Assembly (NCBI RefSeq): GCF_009914755.1
Contig: NC_060946.1
Origin: the human T2T-CHM13v2.0 reference genome, Homo sapiens
Length of the DNA: 64,000 nucleotides
Direction: 5' to 3' (one strand)
This document shows, piece by piece, positions 1 through 12,505 of this stretch. The notes beneath the pieces were generated by a model. The model searched no databases, was not told the DNA's origin, and was given only the letters and a program-made list of their open reading frames with translations. Position 1 is the stretch's first letter. Each line of letters begins with the position of its first letter. The position numbers were made by a program, and so were the translations under genes.

Positions 1-427
1 GCTGTGGCACCCAGCACTCCTCCCACTGGTCTCTCTCCATGCTCCTGGTGGTGCCCTTGGGCATGGGCATGAGCCCTGCACAGCCCCTCCACCCACCCTT
101 GCTGTGGCCATCTGCACCCAGGGGCTCCTGAGGTCCCAGTGATGTGGCCCTGCCAGCCCTCCACCCACCCCCCCTTCTCTGGCCAGCCTCCCACCCCCTT
201 CCAAGCCCAGCGCCCCAGTGGCCCAAAGCCTTCAACAGGCTGCCCTCTGCCTGGCCAGCTTGGGCTTGCTCTGTGGGTCACTGCTCGCAGGAAGCCCTCC
301 CTAACAACACGCCTCTCGATCAGGTGCCCCTGCCTGGTCCCACAGAGCCCTGGACACTGTCCTAGCACACTGTCACGCTGTGCCTGGCTGGGGCAAGCCC
401 TGTGAGGGCAGGGAACTGGTCTTAGTC

Positions 428-590
428 ACTGTTTTAGTTTCCTGGGGTGCTGCTGGAGATCACCCAAAACGTGGTGGCTTAAAACAAAAGAAACGTATTC
501 TCTCACAGTTCTGGAGGCCAGAAGTCCCAAAGTCGAGGTGTGGGCAGGGCTGCGCCCCTTTCTGGAGACTGAGGGAGAATCCTCTTCTGC
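428..590 (-). mobile_element. MLT1 (MaLR LTR) fragment
   Basis: ggtggcttaaaacaa...tattctctcacagttctggaggccagaagtcc is the typical MLT1 end. Confidence 0.7.
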
Positions 591-1857
591 TGCTCTCCCC
601 TCCACCCGCCTTGCCACCACCCTCCTAATTCCTGCCTGGCGCTCTGACCCCAGCACAGGTACCCCCACCCACCCAGCGAGCCTTTTATTCACTCAGCAGA
701 GGGCTCACTATGTGCCAGGCTCCAGGCTGGCCCAGGAGTCCCAGGAATGACACCATCCCTGCCACCTTCCAGAAAATGGAGGTGGTGATGCCCCTCCCTT
801 CTTCACAGAGCTGCTGGGGTCAAAGGAGATGACACGCAGAAGGGCCACAAAGTGACCTGCTGAGGCCCAAAGAGAATCAATATAAACAAATGTCAACTCA
901 GCAACTGAAATCAAGATGGGGCACCAGCAACAGGGCCTGCTCCCGTGCAAGGACACGCCACAGTCTCACAGCAAACCTGGCAACCCTCATCCACAGCACA
1001 GGACAGGACCCTCCTGGGACCTACCGATGAAGCCACACACCTGGAGCAGGCAAAGCAATGCCCACAGCCAACCCTGTGGTTCCCTCCACTAGCCTCGAGC
1101 AGGAGGGTCCACAAGCACTGCCCTTACTGACAGGGAAACAAGGCACTGGGAAGTGGGGGCCACGCCTGGAGCTGGAGTCGCTTCCCAGCAGGGCCAGGTG
1201 GGGCCAAGGCAGGAGTGAGAGGTGGAGGAGTCCTAGTGAGGCCTGTCATGTTGCTGTGGGACAAACAGGGGGCATGGGGCTGTGGCCACACTGGGCCCCT
1301 TGCAGAGCAGTGAGGGCAAATACGCCGCTGCCGAGGTGGGGGCCTGGGAGGGCACCAATCTTCCTCATCACAGCTGGGCAGCTGGAAGCCAGCCCAGGCC
1401 CCAGTAGATCCACCCTGAGTGGGGAAGAGTCAAGCTTTCAAACAGAAACCAGGGGAGCCAACAGGGCAGAGCCACCTGCTGGCCAGTGACTCGAGCCAAA
1501 CGCTCTCCAGCAGCTCTTCGCAAGTCGGCTGGAAGCAGTAATTCACAGAAGTGCTTCTGCTGACACCACTGCAATCACTTCTGAGTGGCAAACCGATCAA
1601 TACCCCCTGCAGCAGCGAGCAGTGCACAGTGACACCTGGACTTGGGTCGAGGCCTGTGGGAGGCCACTGCTGTTCTGGGGTGGAACTCCCCAGGACTCTA
1701 GGGCATGGCCTGTCTCAACACCGGGCACAGAGCCCATCAAAATTCCCACCAGAACTCACAGAAAGCATCAGAACTGATCAGAACGGCCTGGAAACCACTA
1801 GGACCCTGTGGCTGAAACCCTCTGATTTTCACTCACAGGATTCACCAGTTGCACCTG

Positions 1858-2682
1858 TGATAGGGACAGGGGGCAGGGAAATATGGGGCAGAAGACGGCA
1901 GGTCCCCAGCAGGGGTCCCACCCTCAAGCCAAAAGGCCTGATACCAAGACCCAAAGTGACAGCTTACATCCCCGTTTTCCCGCTCAGATGTTATCTCTTC
2001 CAAAACCACTCCCTGCCCCCAATCCTGTGCTTATAAAAACCCCAGAATTCAGCCAGCAGAGAGAGAAAAAGTAACTGGACGTCAGAGACTACGGTTGGAC
2101 ATCGGACAGAAGCAGTGTGACTTCAGAGGAACAGGCTCATGGTGTAGCTTCGGAGAGTCTGGCCAGGGATGGCCAGACTCCAGGGGAAGATAACCTTCCC
2201 ACTCAGTCCCATTTTCAGCTCCCCTTCCCGCTGAGAGCCACTTTCATCAGCAATAAAATCCCCCACATTTACCATCTTCAATTCGTTCATGCAGCCTCAT
2301 TCCTCCTGGATGCCAGACAAGAACTCGGGTGCCACGAGTGCAGGTGCAAAAGGCTGTCACACTGACCCTTAACCCTCGCTGGCAGAAGGCAGCCGCCTCA
2401 CATGAAAAGGCAGAGGGGCCCACTGAGCTGGTAACACTTAAGCCCCGACAGCTGGGTTAAAAGAGCACTGGAAAACTTCCTCTGAACCCCAGGTGCTGCT
2501 GCGGGGCTGGTACAAAGTTTGTTCCTGCCTCGCTCACCTGCGTGCTCCCTCCCTGGAGGGTGGAACGAAGGAGGTTTGAGTGAGTGGAGTCCACCCCTGC
2601 CAGTGCCAGAGCAGCCAGCTGACTCCAGCACTCGTGTACTCCAGCTCCCGCCTGCGAAGCAGTCGGGAAATGTCTGGCTTCA
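1858..2682 (+). mobile_element. ERV1 solo LTR (LTR27/LTR28/LTR1 group)
   Basis: TG...CA termini; 4-bp TSD CCTG (1854-1857, 2683-2686); TATAAAA at 2032, AATAAA at 2252; start TGATAGGGACAGG resembles LTR27/28. Confidence 0.8.
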
Positions 2683-4768
2683 CCTGCACCTAGTTGAAAA
2701 AGTCAGTCCTGTAAGGCACAAAGACCCACGGTTCTCTCCTCCTCTAATCCCACTCCCCGGAAGGAGACCTTTGGTAGATTATTTTTACCCTCAAATTTCC
2801 AAAAAGTGTACTGATATCATTATTTTATGATCTGCACATTTTAGATGGGCTAATGATTTTCGACTACGAAAGATGAGGACTTAGCCAAGTTCCCTTACTC
2901 ACAAGCTTCCCTCCTGCCGATACAGTCGCAGCACGATTTTGGATTTAATTCAAGGCTTAATTTGGTGTTTAATGCAAAGTACACCATGTAGTGATTACAT
3001 TTCCTCTTCTGTATTCTATTTCACTTTTCCCAGAGTAGGTAACTGCCTTAGTTTGCTTATTTCATTTTCTATATTGCTATTAATCATTCCTTCCACAACT
3101 CTAACAAGCCTCAACGTGGCCAGAGACATGGGTGGGTGTTCGCTCGATCCTGTTTGCTGCTTGGGGACATGCCCCTGTCCCCTCTGCTCTCCCTCCCTCA
3201 TCTGAGTGAACGGCCTGGCATGGCTGCACAGGATCTTCCTGGACCTCCCCCTACCTTGGGTGCACTGGTCCTTTCTCCACGTCCCCTGACTGCAGGTGCC
3301 CGGGCTGCTTCCTGGGCATGTGAGACTGAGGTGACTGCAAACGTCCACATCCACCTCCCATGTGAGGGACAGTCTGGTCGGGTACAGAAGCCCAGGCTGG
3401 AGATCGCTTTCCGTCATCCTGTCTTCTCACTGCCGATGGTGCCGCTGAGATCCTGGGGGCCCATTTTTCTCTCTGTGGGAGCTTTGAGATCTTCCCTTTG
3501 CCCCAGTTTACTCATTCACTAGGCCAGACAGTTGGCAAGGGTTGGGGGTGTCTTTTATTGAGCTCTGAACATTCTGAAAATCTAGCTTCAATAATTTTCT
3601 CTCTTCCGTACTCTGTTCCCTTTCTGGAACTCCAGGATTAATCTTCCATTTTTCTTATATTTTTGCTCTTGTTTGTCACCATTTTGTAAAAATTTTTATT
3701 CTACTTCCTGGGCTATTTTCTCAGCCTGACAACCCAAACCTCACAACTGTGCAATTAAAACCTCCACCATCACACTTTTCATCTCCAGGAGTCTTTGATG
3801 ATCACTCGTTATTCCAGTCTTCACTGCTGGTTCCTTTAGTGAAAGCAACACGTGTCTTGACGCTCAGAGGATACTGCAAAGACTTATGAGTGGAGGTGGT
3901 GTTATTCTGGGTTTTTAGGTTTTCTTCTGCTCCTCACATGGTCTTTGCTTTCTCGGAGTTCTTTTTTCTGCTTTGTGTTTTGTCTCTGCAGATCTCTATC
4001 CTTCCTGTTGGAGACTCGCTACCTGGTGATCTTGAGTCCACTCACAGGTGAAGGAGAGACCGTGGGAGCAGCCCTGGGGGTCACACGTGCCTGGGGGAGC
4101 AGCCTTGGTGCTTTCACAGCTGAGGACCTGTCACTTCGGTGGGAGGTACAGGGCTCTGCTTTGGGGTCAATTTCTCAAAAGAGGGTGCCTCCAACCCCAG
4201 CCTGGAGACTGGAACCAGGTCACAGGCATCCTGAGAGCTGAGGAGAGGAGGGGCTGGTAATCCCACCCTCCAAGTGTGCAGCCTGTGGGAGATCCTACTT
4301 CCCACATGCCCTGTGTCCCAGCCTTCAGCTGTCACAGGACCCTCACATCACAGCCTCTCTGGTCCCCGAAGAAGAAAACTGTCTTGGTGACAGCCTCTAG
4401 TTTCCATCCCCAGTGTCATGGACACCACCTCAGCTGCTTCCTGGGCTGGGCTGCTGGAATTCGTTCCCACCTGGCCACCCTCACGACTGCGGCATTCAGG
4501 CTCCCCGCCTGCCCAGTGAGACAGCACTCAGCCCTGCCTGTGATCTTCTGGGTTTCTAATCCACCACGCCCTCCTCTCCTGCTCTGGGAGTTCAGAGCTT
4601 TCTATCCCTTTATTGTCACTTTAGTGAGGTTTCAAGAGGAAACAGACACCAGCGTGTGTGTTCAGTCTGCCCCACTGAAACACAGCCCCCTACAGGGTTC
4701 TGGAGTCCCGGGATATCCACAGGGATGCCAGAATCCCCCAGCTCCCTGAGAAACAGCAACAGCTAGAC

Positions 4769-5060
4769 TTTTTTTTGTTTTTGGAGGCAGGGTCTCTCTC
4801 TGTGGCTCAGGCTGAACATGGCTCACTGCAGCCTCACCCTCCTGGGTCCAAGGGATCCTCCCACCTCAGCCTCCTAAGTAGCTGGGACCACAGGCACACA
4901 CCACCACACCTGGCTAGGTTTTTTTTTGTTGTTGTTTTTTTGTAGAGATGGGGGTCTCCCTATGTTGCCCAGACGGTCTTGAACTCCTAGGCTCAAGCAA
5001 TTCTCCTGCCTCAGCCTCCCAAAGTGCTGGGATTACAAATGTAAGCCACCACGCCTGGCC
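4769..5060 (-). mobile_element. AluJ-like
   Basis: Alu dimer sequence with poly-T on + strand. Confidence 0.9.
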
Positions 5061-5592
5061 CACAGCTGAACTTTTAAAGGGGCAACCCATCAGGGCCAGG
5101 CAACAGCCCAGGACCTGGGAGCTCCTGCCCCCATCCAGGTGGGAACTGCCCCCCAGCAGACACTGAGAATGCTCCCCACCTCCAAAAGGAAAAGGAAAAG
5201 GTGAAGGACGTCTGTTAAACGCCTGCTGCGGCCAGTCCTTGTCCCTGTGCTTCCGCACACTGTCTCTCAGCTCTCAACACAATGCCCTCGACACAGAGCA
5301 CGACGGGAAGCTCTAAGAGGAAAAGTAGAGTTCCTGGTCACCCGGCTGGCAACTAGATGGGGAACCAAGACTTCCGGAGCCCAGCTCACAGCACCAGCTG
5401 AGGACATGCTGACAGAGACCCAGGAGCTCGCTACGACTTCCCCCTTGGGTCTCACCCACCTCACTGGAGCTGCTATTACCATCCAGCTTCACACAGGACC
5501 ACACAAGTTCAGGGATGGAATGTCCAGGGCCACAGAGGCCAGTGGGCAGTGAACCCAGCACCTCAAACTTTCGCTCCAGAACCAGAGTGCTT

Positions 5593-5795
5593 TACACACC
5601 CATCAGACACACAGACACACATGTATACTCACGCACACCACATACATAACACACAGACCACACACACTCCTCCAAACACAGCACGCACACACACACCAGA
5701 CACAGACCACGTGCACTCACACTCACTCCACACACAAACACACAACACATGCACACACACCACACACATACACCCACACACACTACACACACACA
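5593..5795. repeat. Degenerate (CA)n low-complexity tract
   Basis: acacacag/cacac iterations. Confidence 0.9.
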
Positions 5796-6417
5796 GCACC
5801 AAGGCTCACAAAGCAAGTGAGCAGCGAAACAGGGCCACGTCCCATGTGTACTCACTTGCGGGCTAAATCTCTGACCATTTTCTAGCTACGATCAAGCAAG
5901 GGTGAAACAGATGGGGCAGTTGCTGGGACTGACCTCCACCCATGACAGTGGCAGCTCACTTCTGGGCCTGGGACCCTGGGAAACGAATTGCAGCCATCCC
6001 CACCCCACCCCTGCCCACTCTGGGCCACGTCCACAGCCAGACCCCTGCTGGATGCAGAGCGGAAACAGGCACAGTCACTGGCCGTGCCTCCCTCCTCCTG
6101 CTGGGGTGATGCCAGGCAGCTGTGGCATGCTGGGTTCCACAGTCAGGCCTGACCAGTCCAGGAAGCTCCGGCAACCCTGGCTTGGCCCCAGCCTCTGTCT
6201 GATGAGACTCTGACCTGGAGACCAGATTCCCAGCCTAGCTCTGCCAGTGACTCTGGGAGGCCTGAAAGTCACCGCTCCTCTGGGCCTCAGTTTCCTCAAA
6301 GTGAACTTCTCCTAGGCCTTTAGCTCTTCTGTTCCGGGTATACAACCCTGAGGCTGCCAAGAGGCTACCAAGAGGCTGCTGCACCTTCAGACAGAGCTGG
6401 CACAGCAAGCAGAGCGT

Positions 6418-6490
6418 GGCTCCACCCCAGGGAGAAGAGGCTCCGCCCCAGGGGGCAGAAGCTCTGCCTCAAGGGGAAGAGGCTCCGCCC
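6418..6490. repeat. 21-bp tandem repeat, about 3.5 copies
   Basis: ggctccaccccagggagaaga / ggctccgccccagggggcaga / agctctgcctcaaggggaaga / ggctccgccc. Confidence 0.85.
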
Positions 6491-6623
6491 TTGTGTGAGA
6501 GAAAGTCAGGGAAGGCTTTTGTAAAAAAACAGCCTTTGCAATGGGACCTTAAGGATGAGGGAGAAACTAGTTGTAAGAAGCTTTGGGGAAAGGAGGCTCT
6601 GGTGTGCGGCATTAAGGGCCCCA

Positions 6624-6699
6624 GTTTGCCCTCATGTAGCACTCTCAAGACATCAGTGGTGGTTTGCCCTCATGTAGCACTCTCATGACATCAGTAGTG
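6624..6699. repeat. 38-bp tandem duplication
   Basis: gtttgccctcatgtagcactctca(a/t)gacatcagt(g/a)gtg twice. Confidence 0.9.
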
Positions 6700-8599
6700 G
6701 TGATGATGGTGCGGACAACAATGGCAGACAGGGCAATGACCCCAACACATGCCCCATGCACATCTTTGCCGCGGGACTTCACGGCCCCTCATAAAGGTCC
6801 TGCTCTGACTCTGGGCACGACCATGTGACATGGCCAACAGAGACCTTTGCATGTCTCTGCTTATTCTTCTGCACTTCCACTGTCGCCAAGAGAAGGCCAT
6901 TGGCCCAGGCTAGGCTGCTAGTCCCAGGAAGAGAAAAAGAGGTGCCTGGAGCACAGCTGCCCCCGCCAAGCCCAGCCCGAAGCAGGGATCTAGTCAATCT
7001 GCACACACGGGGGACAGTCTGGCCAAGACCAGCTGGGAAAGAATCAGGGCCTTGCCCAAAATCAAAATTCAGACCTAAGTCTTTATAACTGGTCCCCTCC
7101 TCCAGCAGAGCCTACCAGTGCCCACCTACACCCCTCAGCTGCCCTAGAGGTCACCTGCAGCGCTGGTGAGGGCTTCTGACCTCAAGCACCTGCACCTGCT
7201 TCCCACCTGGCCACAGAGGAACAGGCCCAGAAGTGCAGGGAGCCGACGCCCTGAGCCACACCCAACCACTAAAGGACAAGAGTTGGCACCTGCCCCCCAC
7301 ACGCCAAAGAAGGCTCCTGGCTGTGTTCATGTCGTCTCTCAAGGGATCCTGGCAGGCTGAGCCCCAGGGTTCCACAGAGGAACCCCTTTCCTGGCTTCTT
7401 CCCCCCTTGCCTTCTGAGACCACCTCCCACCTGACTAGCGGAGGCCCACTCTCTAGTACGAAAGCACACCCGCTCACATGCCTGGGCAGGCCCTGAGAGA
7501 GGCGACAGTCATGAGGACTCTGGATCTGAGAGGCCTGATTTGGAAACCAGCTCGGCTGCCTCCAGACGACGGGACACTGGACAAGATCTGCCCCTCTATG
7601 TGGGTTCCTCATCTGGAAGGTGAGGACAGTGATGAACTCAATGTAATTCCCCACAGAGCACCCTCCAGGCATCAGCAGCAGCGACGATGGTGCGGACAGT
7701 CACAGTGGACGAGGCACTGACCCCACTCATGACCCCGGGGCTGGCACCACCCAAAGCCAGGCCCATTGGAAGGAGGTGGCAGCGCAGGGAGATGCCACCT
7801 GCAGAGTTGGGCTGGCCTAGGCCAGTTTCTTCTCAGGGTCTTGGTTCCTTACCCAAAAAATGGCCTATTTCATGGCAAAGTTGTGAGGATGGGGAGGATA
7901 AAACAAAGTACTTGGCACAAAGACAGGAAACCCGCTTTCCTCCCTGGTTGTTCTGAGGCTTGAGCAGGACAAATGCCAACCACCTAGTCCAATGCCCCTG
8001 CCGCTGGTGGGGTCAACAGGTCCCAGGAGAGTCTGGCTCATTTCAAGCTGAGCCAAGTCCTGAAGCCCAAGCCAGGGCCTCTGGCTCACCAGCCCCCACA
8101 AAATGACTGGTTTAGCTTCCAGAAAATGCCAGCAAGTCTCCAAAGCATGCTTTAGGGAGGCTTCCACCTCTCAATGGGCCCTCCACTCTCCTCTCGCTCC
8201 CTCCAGAAGCCCACGCTAGGAGCCCGCTCCCTGCTAACCATAACACAGTCACACTGTGCAACATCCTGTCCCACATCCCAGGAGCTACAGACATGCCCAC
8301 CACCTGATCTAGTGGTCGGAGATCAGGAGGGACCACTAGGGCCACTTCCCCCTAGATGCAGGACACTGGAAAGAGCTGCCCCCACACTAACAGGGAGAGG
8401 TCAGATAAAATACAAGATCCTAGTTTCACTCAACCAAGATGGGCCCTTCCACAGAGTGGCAGGAGGCAAGCACCAGCTCACTTGAGACAGGGCCCTGGAG
8501 GAAGAGAAGCCAGCCCATGCAGGTGGCGAGAGGAATTCAGGTAAAATGTTTCCATGCTGGTAAAAGCCAAGGGTGAGCCCATGTGACAGCACAGAACCT

Positions 8600-10345
8600 C
8601 TGAAGCCAGAGAAGCCAGAGAATCTCACACTGAGCAGAGTTCACACCCAAACACAGGCTCTTCTCCAGACCTAGGCCAGGTGCTCAGGAGAAAGAGTTGG
8701 GGGCAGCATGCTTTGGAGAGAGCCTTCCTCAGTATCATGGCTGTAGGAAAAGAAAAACATCCTACTTGTACCCTTCTCCCTTACAGAAAAAAGGCTTTAA
8801 GTCACTGAGAGAGGGGCAGCAAACCGTGTCACCTCCCAGGGCACTGGTGAAGACCCAATGTGGCTGGAGATGGGCAAAAGGAAAAACCAAGACTCTGCCC
8901 TTGGGGGAGGGGCAGGAAACTGTCCCTGGGCCCTGACTACTAGAGATTCTCAGTGCTACAGAAGGGACATGAAACTCCTGCACAAGAGTTACCATCCAGG
9001 CAGTTTGGCTGCCACTCAGAGGAGGGCAGGATCAATGAAAAAGCCCTACCCAGACCCAGCAACATGGAGCCTGCAGAAGACTGCAGCTAGACAACACAAC
9101 AGAGAACCCCAAACCCTCCCTACCAAGCTACTAAACCAAAGTAACAGATAACAGCAGAGTCGATCACTGGCACAGGGGCAAGAGTGTGCAGACAAAACTC
9201 CTCCAAGGTTCAGACCTACGAGGAAGACCAAAAGGTGGAGGTGGAGCAGGAACACTGAGAAAAAACCTCTGGAAACTCAGCCCCTCCACTGAACGCAAGC
9301 TAACACTACAATAATATGAAACCAGTGGTCACTCAAGGTAATCAGATCAACACCCGAACCCAAACCAGACCAACGAGGCGGGGTTAACTCAATTCCTTAT
9401 ACTAATGGCCTAGCAGTTGAAAAGCCGGCCTCATTTGCAAGCATAAATATGGCTGACCTTAGTCTCTACTATCTAATATGCTGTGTTGAGCAGTCAAAAG
9501 GTACTATTCACAAAAAAGGCACACGCGCACACACACAAACAAAACTGTCAAGAGACAAAGCAATCAACAGAATTAGACTCATGGAATTTTTAAGAAGTCT
9601 GATTAACATGTTAAAGGTTCCCAAGGAAAAGATGGACAACACACATGAATAGATGGGATTATTTCAGCAGAGAAATGGAAACTCTAAGTGGAAATGCTAG
9701 AGGGAAAAAAACATAACAGAAACATTGAATGCTTCTGACAGCTCATCAGCAGACTTGACACAGCAGAAGAAAGGAGCAGTTAGCCACAGATCGGTCCACA
9801 GAGATTACCCAAACTGGAACAAAAAGAGAAAAAGAAAGAAGCCAGGTGCAGCAGTATGCCTGCAGACCCAGCTACTCAGGAGGCTGAGGAAAGAGGACTG
9901 CTTAAGCCCAGGAATTCTAGGCCAGTCTGAGCAGCACAGTGAGATCCTGTCTCAAAAAAAAAAAAAAAAAAAGGAAAGAAAAAAGAGGGAAGAAAACAGA
10001 AAACAGAATACAACATCCAAGAGCTGGAGGACAACATCAAACAATCTAACATATATGTAATTGGAATCTCAAAGGAAGAAAGAATGAGGTAAAAGAAACA
10101 TTTTCTAAGATAATGGCTGAGAATTTTTCCAAAATAATGAAAAGCATCAAACCACAGATCCAAGAGGCTTAGAGGAATCCCAAGTAGAATAATTAACACA
10201 CACATACAAAAACCCTAGACATACCATATTCAAAGTGCTGAAAATCAAAGACAAAGAGAAAACATTGAAGGCAGCCAGAGGAAAACAGGCACATTACCCA
10301 GTGGAAAAAAGAACAAGCCAACATTTCAGCAGAAGCTAAACAAGC
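8600..10345 (+). mobile_element. Old L1M 5'/ORF1 relic, interrupted by an Alu monomer (9841-9975)
   Basis: A-rich L1 ORF1-like segments (agacttgacacagcagaagaa, gaatttttccaaaataatgaaaagcatcaaaccacagatccaaga). Confidence 0.6.
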
Positions 10346-10348
10346 CAA

Positions 10349-10840
<492 letters not shown>

Positions 10841-12299
10841 AACTACAAGTTCAACCAGGGCCAACTACTCAGGAGGCTGTGCTCCCAGCAGCCCCATCTC
10901 CTTCTTCCTCCAGAAGTCATTCTGCAGGCTTTTGCCTCCCAGCCCGGTTGAGTGATGGGGAGAAACGTGACCCCCGCAGACCCAGGACACTTGCTTTGGC
11001 AGCCCCTTCCCCAGGTCAAGCCTCCTGAGTATGTGTAACAGCCGGAAGACAAAGGGGAAGGGATGAGGGAGCAAGAGGAGAAAGATGGGGAAAGAGGAAC
11101 TTCTCAGTTCTTCTGGTACAAAACCACACGTTCCATTCTTCAGGCCTCTGCATTCCCTCATAGGACGCAGGTAACTCACCACACTGCTGTGGAACACTTT
11201 GTTACCCTGTGTGGTAAAGCTCAAAGGGCTCCGCATGCTCCCTCATCTCAGAACAAACTGGTAACCCAGGAAGCGCTGGCAGGTGCTAGCTCCCACCCCC
11301 ACGCCTCTCTTACCCCCTCCTGTGGGTGGTTTCTCTCCAGGATCTACACTCGGTGCTGCCACTACCCCAGCCCTTTGTCCTCCCTAGGCCCTCATTTTCA
11401 CATCTATAAAAAGGAAATAATCACAAGAGCACAGGGCCGTCCTGAGAATCAAAGTGGGTGGAGGGCAAAACAGCATCTGTAATGGGTAATCCACCCAACC
11501 TGTCTCCTCCTCCATGCAGTCTCCCGAGATCCTCCTCTTCAGAACCCTCATTACCAGGCCATTTACCTGACCCTGAGAACAGCCACCCTGGCTTGTCAGT
11601 TAACTTTTCAGTGTTAGGATTCTGGCTTCCCCCATGTCACTGCAAGTGCCACAAGGTCACCATCACCTCATGCCCAGCCCTTCTGAAACCTGTCTCTCCC
11701 AGGCACAGTGACATACACACCAAGAAAACTAGGACATCCATCTAGCCTGGGACCTGCACACCATGAGTCTCCCCTCAGCTTCAGCTCCCCTCAGCTTCAA
11801 CCCCTGAGTTGTCTGAAAATGTAAGACTTAAATGAATCAATCTGGTCAAATCCTCTCATTTTTAATGAGCAAACTGAGGTTCAAAGAAACCAGGTGGCTC
11901 ACCCACGCCCAGGCCCAGAAGCTTCCGTCTGCATCAGTGAGAATGCGCACACACTTCAGGACTGGCCGGAACCAGGGGCAAAATAAACTCAGGGCAGTGG
12001 GTGCTCTGGCTGAGCCAGGGACCGTATTTCAAAGTCCAAGCTCCATGACTTTGGGGCTGTGCCCCCTCGGGGACGAGCACCCAATTCAAATCAACCTGTT
12101 GACAAAACCAGTGGCAGTGATTGCATCAAACCAACACACAGGGACAAAATATTTTCACAGACACAATCGGATTTAATACAACCACCGTCCCAGGACCAAC
12201 TACGCTGTAAGAATGAATAGGAACAAAGTCGGTCATCAACAGAAAGGTCCTTCTCAGAAGACACAATGGGCTCCTACTGTCTGGATCACGGTTTTACCT

Positions 12300-12505
12300 G
12301 GCGCTGTGCAGCAGAACTTTCAGCTGTGATGGGAACACTCCATATCTGCGCCACCCAATACGGCAGCCGCTAGCCCCATGTGGCTACTGAGCACCTGAAA
12401 CATGGTGATGCTACTGAGGAACAGAATTTCCACTTTTATTTCATTTTAATTCATTAGATGTAAGCAGCCGCCTGTGGGCAGAGGGTCCTACGCTGGAGAG
12501 CACAG
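12300..12505. mobile_element. MER3 (hAT-Charlie MITE)
   Basis: gcgctgtg...agaacttt...ccaatacggcagccgctagccccatgtggctactgagcac, matching the MER3 layout. Confidence 0.75.

Noticed and set aside
5549-5866. His/Thr-rich ORF
   Set aside because: Translation of a (CA)n tract
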